28,502 nucleotides of DNA from a virus. This document shows, in pieces, positions 1 to 9,132 of the stretch; position 1 is the stretch's first letter, and every line of letters starts with the position of its first letter. The position numbers and the translations under genes were made by a program. The stretch lies in the IMG/VR virus record IMGVR_UViG_3300025174_000089; one strand, given 5' to 3'. The notes under the pieces were generated by a model. It searched no databases. It was not told the DNA's origin and was given only the letters and a program-made list of their open reading frames with translations.

Positions 1-67
1 CCCGAGGCTGATGTTCCTTGGGAACCGCAGCACCAATGAATTGATAGAATGCTTCTCTCTGACTCAT
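1..67 (-). CDS. 5' part of a virion gene (MSQREAFYQFIGAAVPKEHQPR...), runs off the window; by synteny possibly a tail nozzle/stabilisation protein
   Basis: ATG at 67-65 overlaps the TGA of the upstream gene (ATGA coupling); frame is open to the window edge; function from position only. Confidence 0.6.
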   Translation of the reverse strand, partial: MSQREAFYQFIGAAVPKEHQPR

Positions 68-732
68 CCAACACCAGCCTTAAAAGCCCTTCCCCCACTC
101 GCAGGAACCTCGCTCGGATGATATTCTGCTCTCCACGCCTCTCTCTCGGCCCCACTATACATGGCCGCAAAAGCAGCAGCCTTGTCCGGTTCAGTCAGAT
201 GCATCCAGCCCTCTGCAATTGCCCCATAGATCAATACATGATCCCATAAAGACGACAAACACGAGTAATTTGAAGTTGGATCAACCACAAGTTGTGTGGC
301 TTTCTTGCGGTAGCCTACCCTAAGATCCACCGCACTCGATGGAGTTGGGAAGAACGTAAGTTTCTTAATATCTCCAGTTGTGGTCACATCCGAGACAAAA
401 TAATGGGTTGGAATTCCAGTTGTTCCAACAGAGCTAATCCATAAGTCATAATCAGTCCCATCGCATTTCTTTAAATCAAACTTGGTGGTCGTATTTGTAA
501 CATTCTCAATATAAAGAACATCCGTACCAGACATCGTATATTCTGCAATACTTGCCGTTGTGGTAATCGTCTCATTCTTGCAGAACTCTGTGAAGTCCTT
601 GGTTGCGGTGATTCTCATCAGAGTCTGGTTCAACCACTGGAGAATAAAGTCATTTGACACCAGGAGCGCATCAGGATTGCCAAGAGCAGACTTGACTCTA
701 TCTATCATCGTCTGAGCATTAAGTTGCCCCAT
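64..732 (-). CDS. Putative head-tail adaptor / tail tubular protein A-like
   Basis: Likely start MGQLNAQ at 732 (TAATG overlap with upstream stop, GGAGG upstream). N-terminal helix ...ILQWLNQ, central beta region with PTHYF and FFPTP, and C-terminal LIYGAIAEGWMHL helix match the pattern of podovirus adaptors. Confidence 0.6.
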   Translation of the reverse strand: MGQLNAQTMIDRVKSALGNPDALLVSNDFILQWLNQTLMRITATKDFTEFCKNETITTTASIAEYTMSGTDVLYIENVTNTTTKFDLKKCDGTDYDLWISSVGTTGIPTHYFVSDVTTTGDIKKLTFFPTPSSAVDLRVGYRKKATQLVVDPTSNYSCLSSLWDHVLIYGAIAEGWMHLTEPDKAAAFAAMYSGAEREAWRAEYHPSEVPASGGRAFKAGVG

Positions 733-1538
733 TAGACATCCTCCGTTGGGATCACATGCGATGCCTGATCCTGGCCCTCCCTGGGAGTCACCACGCCCTC
801 CCAGTTCTCTTGCACAAGTTCCCATTCGCTGCGATGAATCTTACCAACGCCACGTCTTTCGGTAGTAGTTTCGACAATTGCGGTTCCAGTTGTGGGCACA
901 AACTGTCCAGGCTCATCTTTATCGAATTCAAGTTGAGCGTTAATAAATGCCCACGAGGGCACAACACCTGGACCACCAGGAGTAGCAACATCTGGAGTGA
1001 CTATAAAATAGAAATACGCAGATGCCTCTGAAGTTGTGATTTTGGCCCAAATCCTGTTTCCGCCAACAAGAGACCATGTTCTCGCTGGAACCTTAGCAGA
1101 GCCATCTGATGCACACATTCCAAGAACTACCGAAAACGTAGTTGCAGAACGATCATAATGCGGCAAGAACTCAAACGAAAACAACACAGTTGTTGCTGTA
1201 CTGCAATTAGTGGCCTCAGTAGTTCTTAGTGTCCCTTCAGCAGAATTCCAAGTCTGAATGCCGTTCTGCACCGAAGTTTCTACACCGCCCACGTCTATCC
1301 ATCCGACATAGTTTTCGTCCGAGTATGGACCAATAGTAATTAACCCATCATTATCTGCGTCGCTGTTCCAGAAGGCTGTATTATAAGACGAATACAAAAG
1401 ACGGTTCTCTGCCATTGGCATACTCCAACGCCTCTTTGCGTAGATCATCTCTCTTGCCTTATATCGCTGTCCATTTGAATCTGAATGGATCTTGCGATAT
1501 GCAAGAGGATTAGTTATTCCATCTCTACTATCAGGCAT
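732..1538 (-). CDS. Virion-module protein: small conserved phage protein with an inserted carbohydrate-binding-like beta-sandwich
   Basis: 268-aa ORF with SDSNGQRYKAREM near the N-terminus and GKIHRSEWE near the C-terminus; the middle ends in FINAQLE...FVPT, typical of CBM-like phage domains. Confidence 0.55.
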   Translation of the reverse strand: MPDSRDGITNPLAYRKIHSDSNGQRYKAREMIYAKRRWSMPMAENRLLYSSYNTAFWNSDADNDGLITIGPYSDENYVGWIDVGGVETSVQNGIQTWNSAEGTLRTTEATNCSTATTVLFSFEFLPHYDRSATTFSVVLGMCASDGSAKVPARTWSLVGGNRIWAKITTSEASAYFYFIVTPDVATPGGPGVVPSWAFINAQLEFDKDEPGQFVPTTGTAIVETTTERRGVGKIHRSEWELVQENWEGVVTPREGQDQASHVIPTEDV

Positions 1539-1547
1539 CTATGCTCC

Positions 1548-1787
1548 CTATGGCTGAATCACAACATCCACAGATGGCGATGGCGGCCTTGGAATCTTTT
1601 CTTTCTCTTTTTGCCATGCGAAAGTTACCACCGGGGTTCGAACAAATTCGGTGAGTTGAGAAACAACAAGCGCGTCTTTGGCGGCACGGGTAGGAACTTG
1701 GCCGTTATTAGCAATCCCGAAAAACGCATCTCCAAGATCGTCTAAGTCCTTACGAGACATTGTAATTACTATACTTGGCATATTCAT
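1548..1787 (-). CDS. Hypothetical protein (79 aa)
   Basis: Co-oriented ORF filling the gap between virion genes; AAGGAGG RBS. Confidence 0.7.
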   Translation of the reverse strand: MNMPSIVITMSRKDLDDLGDAFFGIANNGQVPTRAAKDALVVSQLTEFVRTPVVTFAWQKEKEKIPRPPSPSVDVVIQP

Positions 1788-1808
1788 GCCCTCCTTATAT
1801 TTGACACG

Positions 1809-3974
1809 TTACCAAATCACCTTTCTGTAGTCATACGCACCGATGTCTGGAGCCCCACCAGTCTTATGCCAATCAATCGTTTCTACAGAGTCGGGCCATG
1901 TTGACCCAGCGACCAATTGCTCTTGATATGAGCCGCCAAGATTCACACCAGCCTCAATGCACGGCGAAGAGGACGTGAGCGTGAAGTCACCACCGGCAGC
2001 GTTGGTGAAAGAAGGATCGGCTTCGACAGAATTGGTTGTCCCGCCGTAGGCAGTTTCCCATGCGTCGTAGGTATTATAGGCTGTCCCAAGCCATGTGACC
2101 AGACCGACAGCCTCTGCTCCAAATGAGTTATGATCAACGATGGTCCCAGTTGCACCACTGACGGCAATCTCATACCAATCGTTTCCAGTTGAGATATTGT
2201 TCTTGATGATGTTATCGGCTGTATTTGCCTCGCCACCGTCGTCAACGCTGATACCGGCCCCGCCAAGATTCCCATAGACGGTGTTGTTGTAGACCAAATT
2301 AGAATTCACCCGACGCCAGAACGCTATCCCACTAGTGCCGTTTCCATAAATCACATTCGAGAAAACCGAGGTTCCGGTTTGGTACTCGACAACAATCCCG
2401 CTACCGAGGTTCTCGTAAACCCGGTTTCGTGCAACAAGGCATGTACTTCCCTGCACCGTGTCCATGTAGATGCCGTGCTTATCATTCAGATAGACGGCGT
2501 TTTCTGTCACTGTGACATTGGGGATTTCTGACCCAGCCTCCGACTTGATGTACACACCAGCGTTAGTATTTCCGCTCTCTGCCGCGTTGTCGTGGATCGA
2601 ACACCGCTGCACTGTCACAGTGTCGGCGTCGTCCAAAATCGAAATCCCGTAGCTGTAATTGTACGAGATCACGGAATCTTGAATGACGAGGTTTGTGACA
2701 TCGGCAGTGTGATCGGCGTCGTATCCCTGAATGCCGGAGATTCCAGCAAACCGAGCCACACAAGAGGTCACGGTCGGACTGGCCGGGCCGTTATCAAGAT
2801 GGAGGCCATAGTAGAGTGGCGCTTGCAGATCCAACCCGGTCAGAGTGATGTAGTCCTTATCGTCAAGAGTGATGCAGGTATTTCGGGTTGGGATTTCCAT
2901 TGTGTAAGCCGCTGGATTGTCGCCTCCCGTGGGATAAACCCAGAGAAGGTTCCCAGCAGCGAGGTAGAACTGACCTTCGGTCAGGGACGCAATTGAAGTG
3001 GTATTGCGCGCGAGTGCGACACCGTTTTGCACAAGACTTTTCAGATCTGCGCTGACCGCCACCACCTTCTGATAGGCGTTCGTGTTTACCGGATCTGCTG
3101 TAGTAACCACCACGCTGTCAATGTCTATGTAATCCCCATTGGCAGGCAGCGCAGTAGCATAGGCACATCCGCCAACCTTATAGGTATCAATGACTTGGCC
3201 GCCCGTGTTGAGCGTGAAATACGAACCCTGACTCACGTCATCAAGCCAAAACTGAAATCCGCCGACCGAAGCATCCGCCAAAAAACGGAGTTTAACTTTG
3301 TACCAAGTGTTCATAGAAATCGTGCTGGAATTCTGAGCGGTCCAGGGACTTGAAATTTCACCCCTGAACTTATAGTCCCCCGCGCCATCCTGACGAATGC
3401 TGAGGATAGCCTTTGCCACACCAGAAAGTAGAAATTGGGCAATTCCTGCGTGGTCATATGTCGCGCTCAGACTAAAGCCTGTCTTTAATCTGATTCTGAA
3501 CTCGATCGTTGTATCAATCGAGGAAGCAACAAACGCAACCTGCGCGTTGCCAATCTGACTTGTCCCGTCATAGGTCGTGCGGAGCCCGTAGGTTCCCGCA
3601 TAGCTCGCGCTTGATGAAGCCATAACCGTATTAGATCCACCCACGTTTGTAGAATCCCACTTTGAGAGATCGCCCGTCTCAAAGTCGTCGGAATGGACGT
3701 ATCCCCGCCAGCCCGTGTAGGCAGGCCCAAGATCGGCTCCGGTGATGATCGAATCGGCCCCCGTCCCATACGCCCCAAATGTGATCGGACTTCCCTCAGA
3801 GCCCGACGACGGCACCGTCAACTGCTCGCGCCAAGTATCTGCCTTGTTAAAAAGGACAGAATCGCCCGCATTGAAACTTGATATGTTAACTTTGTCAACG
3901 GTATCCCAGGGAAGCAATTCCGAAAGACCAGAGTTGCCGTCATCTCCGTCATTGCTAACGTAATATGTACTCAT
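1809..3974 (-). CDS. Right-handed parallel beta-helix (pectin lyase-like) virion protein / spike with an inserted beta-sandwich
   Basis: N-terminus TYYVSNDGDDGNSG...PWDTVDKVN...GDSVLF; repeated N-x-[VI]-Y-x-N-x-x-x-GI beta-helix rungs; C-terminal DPSFTNAAGGDFTLTSSSPCIEAG...PDIGAY. Confidence 0.85.
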   Translation of the reverse strand: MSTYYVSNDGDDGNSGLSELLPWDTVDKVNISSFNAGDSVLFNKADTWREQLTVPSSGSEGSPITFGAYGTGADSIITGADLGPAYTGWRGYVHSDDFETGDLSKWDSTNVGGSNTVMASSSASYAGTYGLRTTYDGTSQIGNAQVAFVASSIDTTIEFRIRLKTGFSLSATYDHAGIAQFLLSGVAKAILSIRQDGAGDYKFRGEISSPWTAQNSSTISMNTWYKVKLRFLADASVGGFQFWLDDVSQGSYFTLNTGGQVIDTYKVGGCAYATALPANGDYIDIDSVVVTTADPVNTNAYQKVVAVSADLKSLVQNGVALARNTTSIASLTEGQFYLAAGNLLWVYPTGGDNPAAYTMEIPTRNTCITLDDKDYITLTGLDLQAPLYYGLHLDNGPASPTVTSCVARFAGISGIQGYDADHTADVTNLVIQDSVISYNYSYGISILDDADTVTVQRCSIHDNAAESGNTNAGVYIKSEAGSEIPNVTVTENAVYLNDKHGIYMDTVQGSTCLVARNRVYENLGSGIVVEYQTGTSVFSNVIYGNGTSGIAFWRRVNSNLVYNNTVYGNLGGAGISVDDGGEANTADNIIKNNISTGNDWYEIAVSGATGTIVDHNSFGAEAVGLVTWLGTAYNTYDAWETAYGGTTNSVEADPSFTNAAGGDFTLTSSSPCIEAGVNLGGSYQEQLVAGSTWPDSVETIDWHKTGGAPDIGAYDYRKVIW

Positions 3975-4213
3975 CGGATTGCCTCATTTGCCTGCTCTTG
4001 AGTTATCACTCCGGCGTCAATCAACAGGCGAATAGCTTTGACGGCATGATCAGTGAGCTTGCTAATTTCATCTGAACGCATGGTTACAACTTTCTCCACG
4101 AGCGTCCGCAGGGTTGATTCGGAGGTCTTGTGTTGGAGTTCGAGAATCTGCCCCTGAAGATCGGCAATCCACCTAACCAGCGCTCTTTTTGATGGCGTCT
4201 TGCGAATGCGCAT
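3971..4213 (-). CDS. Hypothetical helical protein (80 aa)
   Basis: RBS GAGGT; overlaps the next gene by 4 nt; ends in LLIDAGVITQEQANEAI, a short C-terminal helix pair. Confidence 0.7.
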   Translation of the reverse strand: MRIRKTPSKRALVRWIADLQGQILELQHKTSESTLRTLVEKVVTMRSDEISKLTDHAVKAIRLLIDAGVITQEQANEAIR

Positions 4214-4221
4214 AGCCTACC

Positions 4222-5715
4222 TCACTTCTTCGTCACAGTATTGGCAGAGTTTAGAATGAGGTGATACCGGCACGTCATTGTCGGGGTCGTCAGAGAGCTG
4301 TCCGCTGTCACAGAGATCGTGGCAACGTTCGTGCCCGCATCAATCTCCCACGTATCGGTTAGAGTAGACGCACCGGCAGACTCAGCCAGGACCGGACTTG
4401 CGCTTTCTGCAATGGTGAGATGGTACGTATCGGGAGTACCGTTCTTCCTAACGCCAGAGAATCCGACGATTCCGGTGAGAGCCTGATGGTCTGTGGCGTC
4501 TGTTGCGGTGATCGTGTAGGTGAGCGTTCCACCAATGAACTCTCCATCTGCGATTGCAATGTCCAAAACGGCGGTTTTAGCTGCATCACTCAGAGTTACG
4601 GTGTCAGCATAGACGCCCGCGTTCGTATCAAGTGAAAGAGCGCCATATCCAGTCGAACCGTTGGTGATCTTGAGCAGATTCACACCGGCGCGTACGGCAC
4701 CGAGATCGAACGGGCCGTCGGAGTTCTCGCCCGAACTCCAGTTGATCGGAAGCGTGGCGCGAAGGTTGATGCCCGTATTGATGAACTCAAACATGTTAAC
4801 GCTTCCGCCTGTCGCGAAGCCCCTGAGCCCACCCAGCCAGAGATTGCCCTTGTCAGTGCTGGCACCAGAACCGATTAACTGAAGAGTGCGCGTCGTAACG
4901 TATCGGATGTCGGTATCGACAGCATTTGCGCCACCGGCTCCAAAGGAGATTGTACCCTCGAAGATGTCAACGCTGGCATTGGCATCTCCGTCATTATCGA
5001 AACCTAACCATTGGTACCCCCTGATGGCACCGTACCCGGTGGGGGTTCCGTCTGTTACCTGTAGCGCCCCGTCCCCAACTCGGAAGAGCGCCACATCATC
5101 ATCGAACAGTAGTTGTATCGCGTCGGGAATGTTAACTGCCCCATCCGTCCCGCTCGTCGCCGTCATGCCAGCATTGTCTGCACTCTTGGCGATGGTAAGG
5201 CCGTAGGTGCCAGTATCAGGCACGATACGCACGACAGCACTCGAGGCTGTAGCTGATACTCCACTGACCGCGTCAATCGCAGCAGCGAGCGAGGTCGCAG
5301 TGGCATTATTGCTCGTCGCGGCGGTCCAATCGACGCCCTCGGTCAGCACGGTGGCCGCGCCATTGACAGTGACCGTTGCGGTCGAATCTGCCATGCTCGC
5401 GTGGCCATAGGCGACAACCGTGTAGATCCGCCGCCCGATGCCGCCAGCGAGAATTAGATTTGCACCAGTGGTATTGACTGTTGCACCTGGCCACGCATCT
5501 CCACCCTCCGCAAGCAATGTCCCTGGCGCGACATCGCTAGTCGGAGAAACGCCCTCAATTGAAGACAATACTCCCGGCGTCACCGCAATGCTGACCTGCC
5601 CGCCGCCGTCGTCAGTCAGGGTTGCATTGCTAATCTGAATCTTTGTCACGCCACCGATAGAGGGCGATCCATCTTCTTCTTCTACAGTTAAAGAACTACC
5701 ACCAATCCAACTCAT
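4222..5715 (-). CDS. Fibre/adhesin-like structural protein (497 aa)
   Basis: Gly/Ala/Thr-rich beta composition; N-terminal TVEEEDGSPS...TKIQISNATLTDDG motif common in phage fibres; AGGAGGT RBS. Confidence 0.65.
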   Translation of the reverse strand: MSWIGGSSLTVEEEDGSPSIGGVTKIQISNATLTDDGGGQVSIAVTPGVLSSIEGVSPTSDVAPGTLLAEGGDAWPGATVNTTGANLILAGGIGRRIYTVVAYGHASMADSTATVTVNGAATVLTEGVDWTAATSNNATATSLAAAIDAVSGVSATASSAVVRIVPDTGTYGLTIAKSADNAGMTATSGTDGAVNIPDAIQLLFDDDVALFRVGDGALQVTDGTPTGYGAIRGYQWLGFDNDGDANASVDIFEGTISFGAGGANAVDTDIRYVTTRTLQLIGSGASTDKGNLWLGGLRGFATGGSVNMFEFINTGINLRATLPINWSSGENSDGPFDLGAVRAGVNLLKITNGSTGYGALSLDTNAGVYADTVTLSDAAKTAVLDIAIADGEFIGGTLTYTITATDATDHQALTGIVGFSGVRKNGTPDTYHLTIAESASPVLAESAGASTLTDTWEIDAGTNVATISVTADSSLTTPTMTCRYHLILNSANTVTKK

Positions 5716-5725
5716 GAATCACCTC

Positions 5726-6133
5726 CTAGTTAAACCAGGTCAAAATTGCCGTTCCAAGTGCATCGGCATTGTTTGACCCGCTTCCGGTAATCTTTATCCG
5801 CAGGCTCTTGAATGGAGTTTCAAGAATGGAGTTTGTATACCGCTGAAGCTCATTTTCTGTGGTAAGTCCCTCTATAAGAGTTGCACTTTTATAATAGGCT
5901 GTCGTGTCTGTGCCAGCAGCGACGAGATCATTCAGATATTTGAAACCATATGGAGACACCTCCACAGTAATATCAAAATCAATGGTGCCAGCAACGGAGC
6001 TTCCTTTTGCCCAAACCGTATAAGAATATCCGGAGGTGCAATCAACCCAATCGGTCTTCGCCGTAGCTGTAGAAGCAACTGCAACAGCATTCAAAAGAAT
6101 GTTATATTCACTATTCCCAATAAATCCCATCAA
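5726..6133 (-). CDS. Hypothetical virion beta-sandwich protein (135 aa)
   Basis: Jelly-roll-like alternating pattern (SYTVWAKG, DFDITVEVS, SLRIKITG); GGAGGT RBS; lies within the structural operon. Confidence 0.65.
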   Translation of the reverse strand: MMGFIGNSEYNILLNAVAVASTATAKTDWVDCTSGYSYTVWAKGSSVAGTIDFDITVEVSPYGFKYLNDLVAAGTDTTAYYKSATLIEGLTTENELQRYTNSILETPFKSLRIKITGSGSNNADALGTAILTWFN

Positions 6134-6441
6134 TCACCTCCGATGAACTTCTCCCAGAGCGACAGGTATCTTTCCTCTAGGGCTTTCTCACTATCAAGTT
6201 TCTGCAGCGCAGCAACAATAACTTCAGTTGCCTTCTCTCCGATTGGGACATCTTTCTCAAGCATCTTCTTCCAGGTAATCATTTGTCCATCTTCTGAAAT
6301 GATAATCTCTCCCTCTTTAATATCCTCTTCGGAGAGCAGCAGGTTAGAGCGGAGATCTCTGACGATTCTTAGCGTCACAAAGTTCTCCTTCTCAGGCAAG
6401 ATGCCAAACAATGCAATGCGCTCTGGAATATTCAGTACCAT
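6130..6441 (-). CDS. Hypothetical acidic protein (103 aa), possible fibre-assembly chaperone
   Basis: GGAGGG RBS; small charged helical protein following a fibre-like gene; function inferred from position. Confidence 0.6.
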   Translation of the reverse strand: MVLNIPERIALFGILPEKENFVTLRIVRDLRSNLLLSEEDIKEGEIIISEDGQMITWKKMLEKDVPIGEKATEVIVAALQKLDSEKALEERYLSLWEKFIGGD

Positions 6442-6467
6442 GATTGTTCCCTCCTTGGAACAAAGCA

Positions 6468-6485
6468 GGGGCGGTTTCCCGCCCC
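6468..6485 (-). terminator. Hairpin GGGGCGG-GAAA-CCGCCCC after the 393-aa gene; probable terminator or attenuator
   Basis: Perfect 7-bp GC stem with GAAA loop 7 nt after the stop; weak U-tail (TGCTTTGTT). Confidence 0.6.
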
Positions 6486-6491
6486 AATTTA

Positions 6492-7673
6492 TTACGTTGC
6501 ACTATCATACACCCTAATATATACAACCCCAACCCCAACAATGTCAGCGATTGGGATGTACCCGACCTGAGTTCCAGCTGTTCCAGCTCCAGCAACCCAC
6601 CCAACGCTCTCCGGACTCGCTGCCGCGATCAGCGCTGTAACTGCGTATGTCGCAGTATTCAGCCTCCATGCGTGCAGTGAGGCCGGGCTACCCGAAAGGA
6701 TGGCCTGATGCTGTCCGCCGAACACAAGCCTGGCATTGGTCAGCGTACCCCCGCCATCGTAGATCCCGCCCTCAAAGGGGACATGAATCTTACCGGCAGC
6801 CGGAGTGTAACCAGAACCAAAGTTAATCCATGAGCCAACGTTGTAGAGGTGCCCGGTGTTATCAGTGCCGGTGTTCGCGTTAAGAGTAGAATCGAAATAA
6901 GCAGCGATCCCGTATTCGTTGGAAATGTCGGTATCGCCATTGGCAACCGCTACCCGCAGCCCAGAATAGGAATCCCCGCTTGCGATGTTCGTATTAGCAA
7001 CCTGGATGGAATTACCACTCGTATCGCCTACATAAATACCAATTGCGGTGGTGTCAGACTCGATGTAGATACCATGAGAAAAGTCTTGCAGACTTCCCCA
7101 GTGGCCAACATACAAACCAGCATAGACGCCGTTATTGGCTAAGAACGAAGTGGTATTGCTCATGGCAGCAAGAGCAGAAAGACGACCATTGGAATTGATC
7201 GTGGTAGTCCCGCTTCCAAGACCAACGCGCCCGACTACCCCAGCCTGCACCCACGGGTCTGTTGACGGTGCCTGACCATCAATGGTCAGTGCGCCAGAGC
7301 CCTCATATGACCCCATGAGTCCAGCCATGTTGTGACGATTAGTCCCGGCAACGCTTACGATCTGTCCGATTGCCCCAACGGCTTCTTGCTCTCTATTCCC
7401 TCCGGTATAAGTCAGAAGAGTCCTGAACCTACCAGAACGCATTAGAACAGCAGAAGAAAGAGTAACGCCGCCATCATCACCATAGACACCCATGACAACC
7501 GGGCTTGCGGCAGTAATCGCCGCCCCGGAACCATATACACTTGCCTGGGCGCCAATTGTGAAACGAAGAGTTGGTGCGGTAGTTCCGCTAAAAATTGCGA
7601 CCTCGCTGCCCTTAACTCCTACAGCGAAACCGCTCTCCGTTGCGGAATATCCGCGATTATGCGTATAACTCAT
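6492..7673 (-). CDS. Capsid decoration / head fibre-like protein (393 aa)
   Basis: Directly after the MCP; N-terminus MSYTHNRGYSATESGFAVGVKGSE resembles post-MCP head proteins; Gly-rich beta body with repeated GIY[IV] rungs. Confidence 0.6.
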   Translation of the reverse strand: MSYTHNRGYSATESGFAVGVKGSEVAIFSGTTAPTLRFTIGAQASVYGSGAAITAASPVVMGVYGDDGGVTLSSAVLMRSGRFRTLLTYTGGNREQEAVGAIGQIVSVAGTNRHNMAGLMGSYEGSGALTIDGQAPSTDPWVQAGVVGRVGLGSGTTTINSNGRLSALAAMSNTTSFLANNGVYAGLYVGHWGSLQDFSHGIYIESDTTAIGIYVGDTSGNSIQVANTNIASGDSYSGLRVAVANGDTDISNEYGIAAYFDSTLNANTGTDNTGHLYNVGSWINFGSGYTPAAGKIHVPFEGGIYDGGGTLTNARLVFGGQHQAILSGSPASLHAWRLNTATYAVTALIAAASPESVGWVAGAGTAGTQVGYIPIADIVGVGVVYIRVYDSAT

Positions 7674-7723
7674 TTACACCTCCCGAAGAGGAGGGGGCCG
7701 GGTTCACCGACCCCCAGTCTTCA

Positions 7724-8638
7724 TTACGCTCCTGCGTTACCGACAATGTGCATCCAGTCCTTGAACTTGACAGAGAAACGAACACGGGACCGGATTTTAA
7801 TCGCATCACGGTCGAAGTCGGCATCTTCCTTGACTTCCTTGGAGATACGATCATAGAACACGAGGTCTTCCTTAAACCTGGTTGTTGCCAAGAACCAATG
7901 AGTAGTCGTGAAGAAACGGCAAGGGACTGGAATAATGTTGTAGGAAGTAAGTGTGTTCTTGTTATTATCAGCGGTATCCGGCTCGCCACGGTCGGTCTCA
8001 AGGATCTTCCGCACGGCCTTGTTCTGCGACGGGTGATAGAGCAGCCACTTCGGAGCATCCGTCAGAGGCAGCCCCTCATGCGTGAACATGCTATACGCAG
8101 TGAAGTTAATCGCCAGCCACAGGTTATCAAACGACAACGATGCAGCAGTCAGATAGTTCGTTACAGACCCACCAGACTTCTGCAGAGTATGTGCAGCGCA
8201 AAGATAAGCACTGTCATACAGGTAATAGCTTGTCCCGCCCGAGAAAGCGTTCACGAACAGGTTTGCAACGGTGTAGTCACGAATGTAGCTGTGACCTTCA
8301 CCAATCATGGTGCCAAGAGAGCTTACGATGTCAGGTAGATTCTTATTGTCCTCAATAAGTTCCTGAGAAACCATTCCACCAAGAGTATACTTGGTGTGAA
8401 TCCACTGAGCTGTCGGAAGTTCTTGGAACCGGCCATAGTAGAACGGAGACAACTCGTTAGTTGCCACCGCAGCGCCAACGCCAGTAAACCCAAACTGCTG
8501 TTCCAACGCAGCCTGGGACTGCTTGATGGTCGCCAGTTGCTCCCAAGACCAATGCTTCGTATCACAAGAGACACGGAAGGCGGGCTGGAAGATCTGGCGG
8601 CTAACGGCACGAGCAAATTCTGGAGTTACCATTGCCAT
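7724..8638 (-). CDS. Major capsid protein (HK97 fold, Mu gpT-like family)
   Basis: 304 aa; HTKYTLGGMVSQELIEDN, YDSAYLCAAHTL, PKWLLYHP, EPDTADNNKN, HWFL and terminal RSRVRFSVKFKDWMHIVGNAGA match the gpT-like MCP pattern; GGAGGT RBS. Confidence 0.88.
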   Translation of the reverse strand: MAMVTPEFARAVSRQIFQPAFRVSCDTKHWSWEQLATIKQSQAALEQQFGFTGVGAAVATNELSPFYYGRFQELPTAQWIHTKYTLGGMVSQELIEDNKNLPDIVSSLGTMIGEGHSYIRDYTVANLFVNAFSGGTSYYLYDSAYLCAAHTLQKSGGSVTNYLTAASLSFDNLWLAINFTAYSMFTHEGLPLTDAPKWLLYHPSQNKAVRKILETDRGEPDTADNNKNTLTSYNIIPVPCRFFTTTHWFLATTRFKEDLVFYDRISKEVKEDADFDRDAIKIRSRVRFSVKFKDWMHIVGNAGA

Positions 8639-8652
8639 ATCTCACCTCCGCC

Positions 8653-9132
8653 TTATGCGCCAATCACAGACTGAATAATGGCGGGCAGAAACTCAACCAA
8701 TACCCTACCACCAGCAGTCGGTGTGCTCTCTACATAGTCAACAATCACAACGCAATAGGTACCAGAAGTCGTAGCATCAACTTCCCAGTTCCCCGCGCCG
8801 GTTCTGTCAATTCCATACTTACAGCCACGGAAAATATCAGTTCCGGGCGTATGATCAGAATGAGTATTCATCTCATACACATCTCCGGTCCTGACACGAT
8901 TGACATAAACTAGATTGGCCGTGGTTCCGGAGCAGTCCTCCATCATGACACCATAGACCGCTGCTGGGTCTGTGGTATCAGAAAGAGTTACAGCTCCATT
9001 GACTAGATAGACAAGATCAGCCGCCTTGGTGCCAGACTGACTAGCAGCCTCGGGCAGCTTCATCATTTCCATGTCGCCTTGATTCAAAGCATGCCTGAAC
9101 TCAATCTGTTGAGTTCCTGCAGTATAAGTCAT
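8653..9132 (-). CDS. Capsid auxiliary/cement (decoration) protein (159 aa)
   Basis: Immediately upstream of the MCP; KAADLVYLVNG...AVYGVM pattern of beta-tulip-type decoration proteins. Confidence 0.6.
   Translation of the reverse strand: MTYTAGTQQIEFRHALNQGDMEMMKLPEAASQSGTKAADLVYLVNGAVTLSDTTDPAAVYGVMMEDCSGTTANLVYVNRVRTGDVYEMNTHSDHTPGTDIFRGCKYGIDRTGAGNWEVDATTSGTYCVVIVDYVESTPTAGGRVLVEFLPAIIQSVIGA

Noticed and set aside
64-825. ORF-track starts that extend genes upstream (825, 10925, 15373, 17067, 17754, 18256, 27806)
   Set aside because: Downstream ATGs have better RBSs or stop/start coupling; the extensions overlap neighbouring genes
7640-8338. 232-aa plus-strand ORF
   Set aside because: Antisense shadow of the major capsid gene; no motif or RBS support
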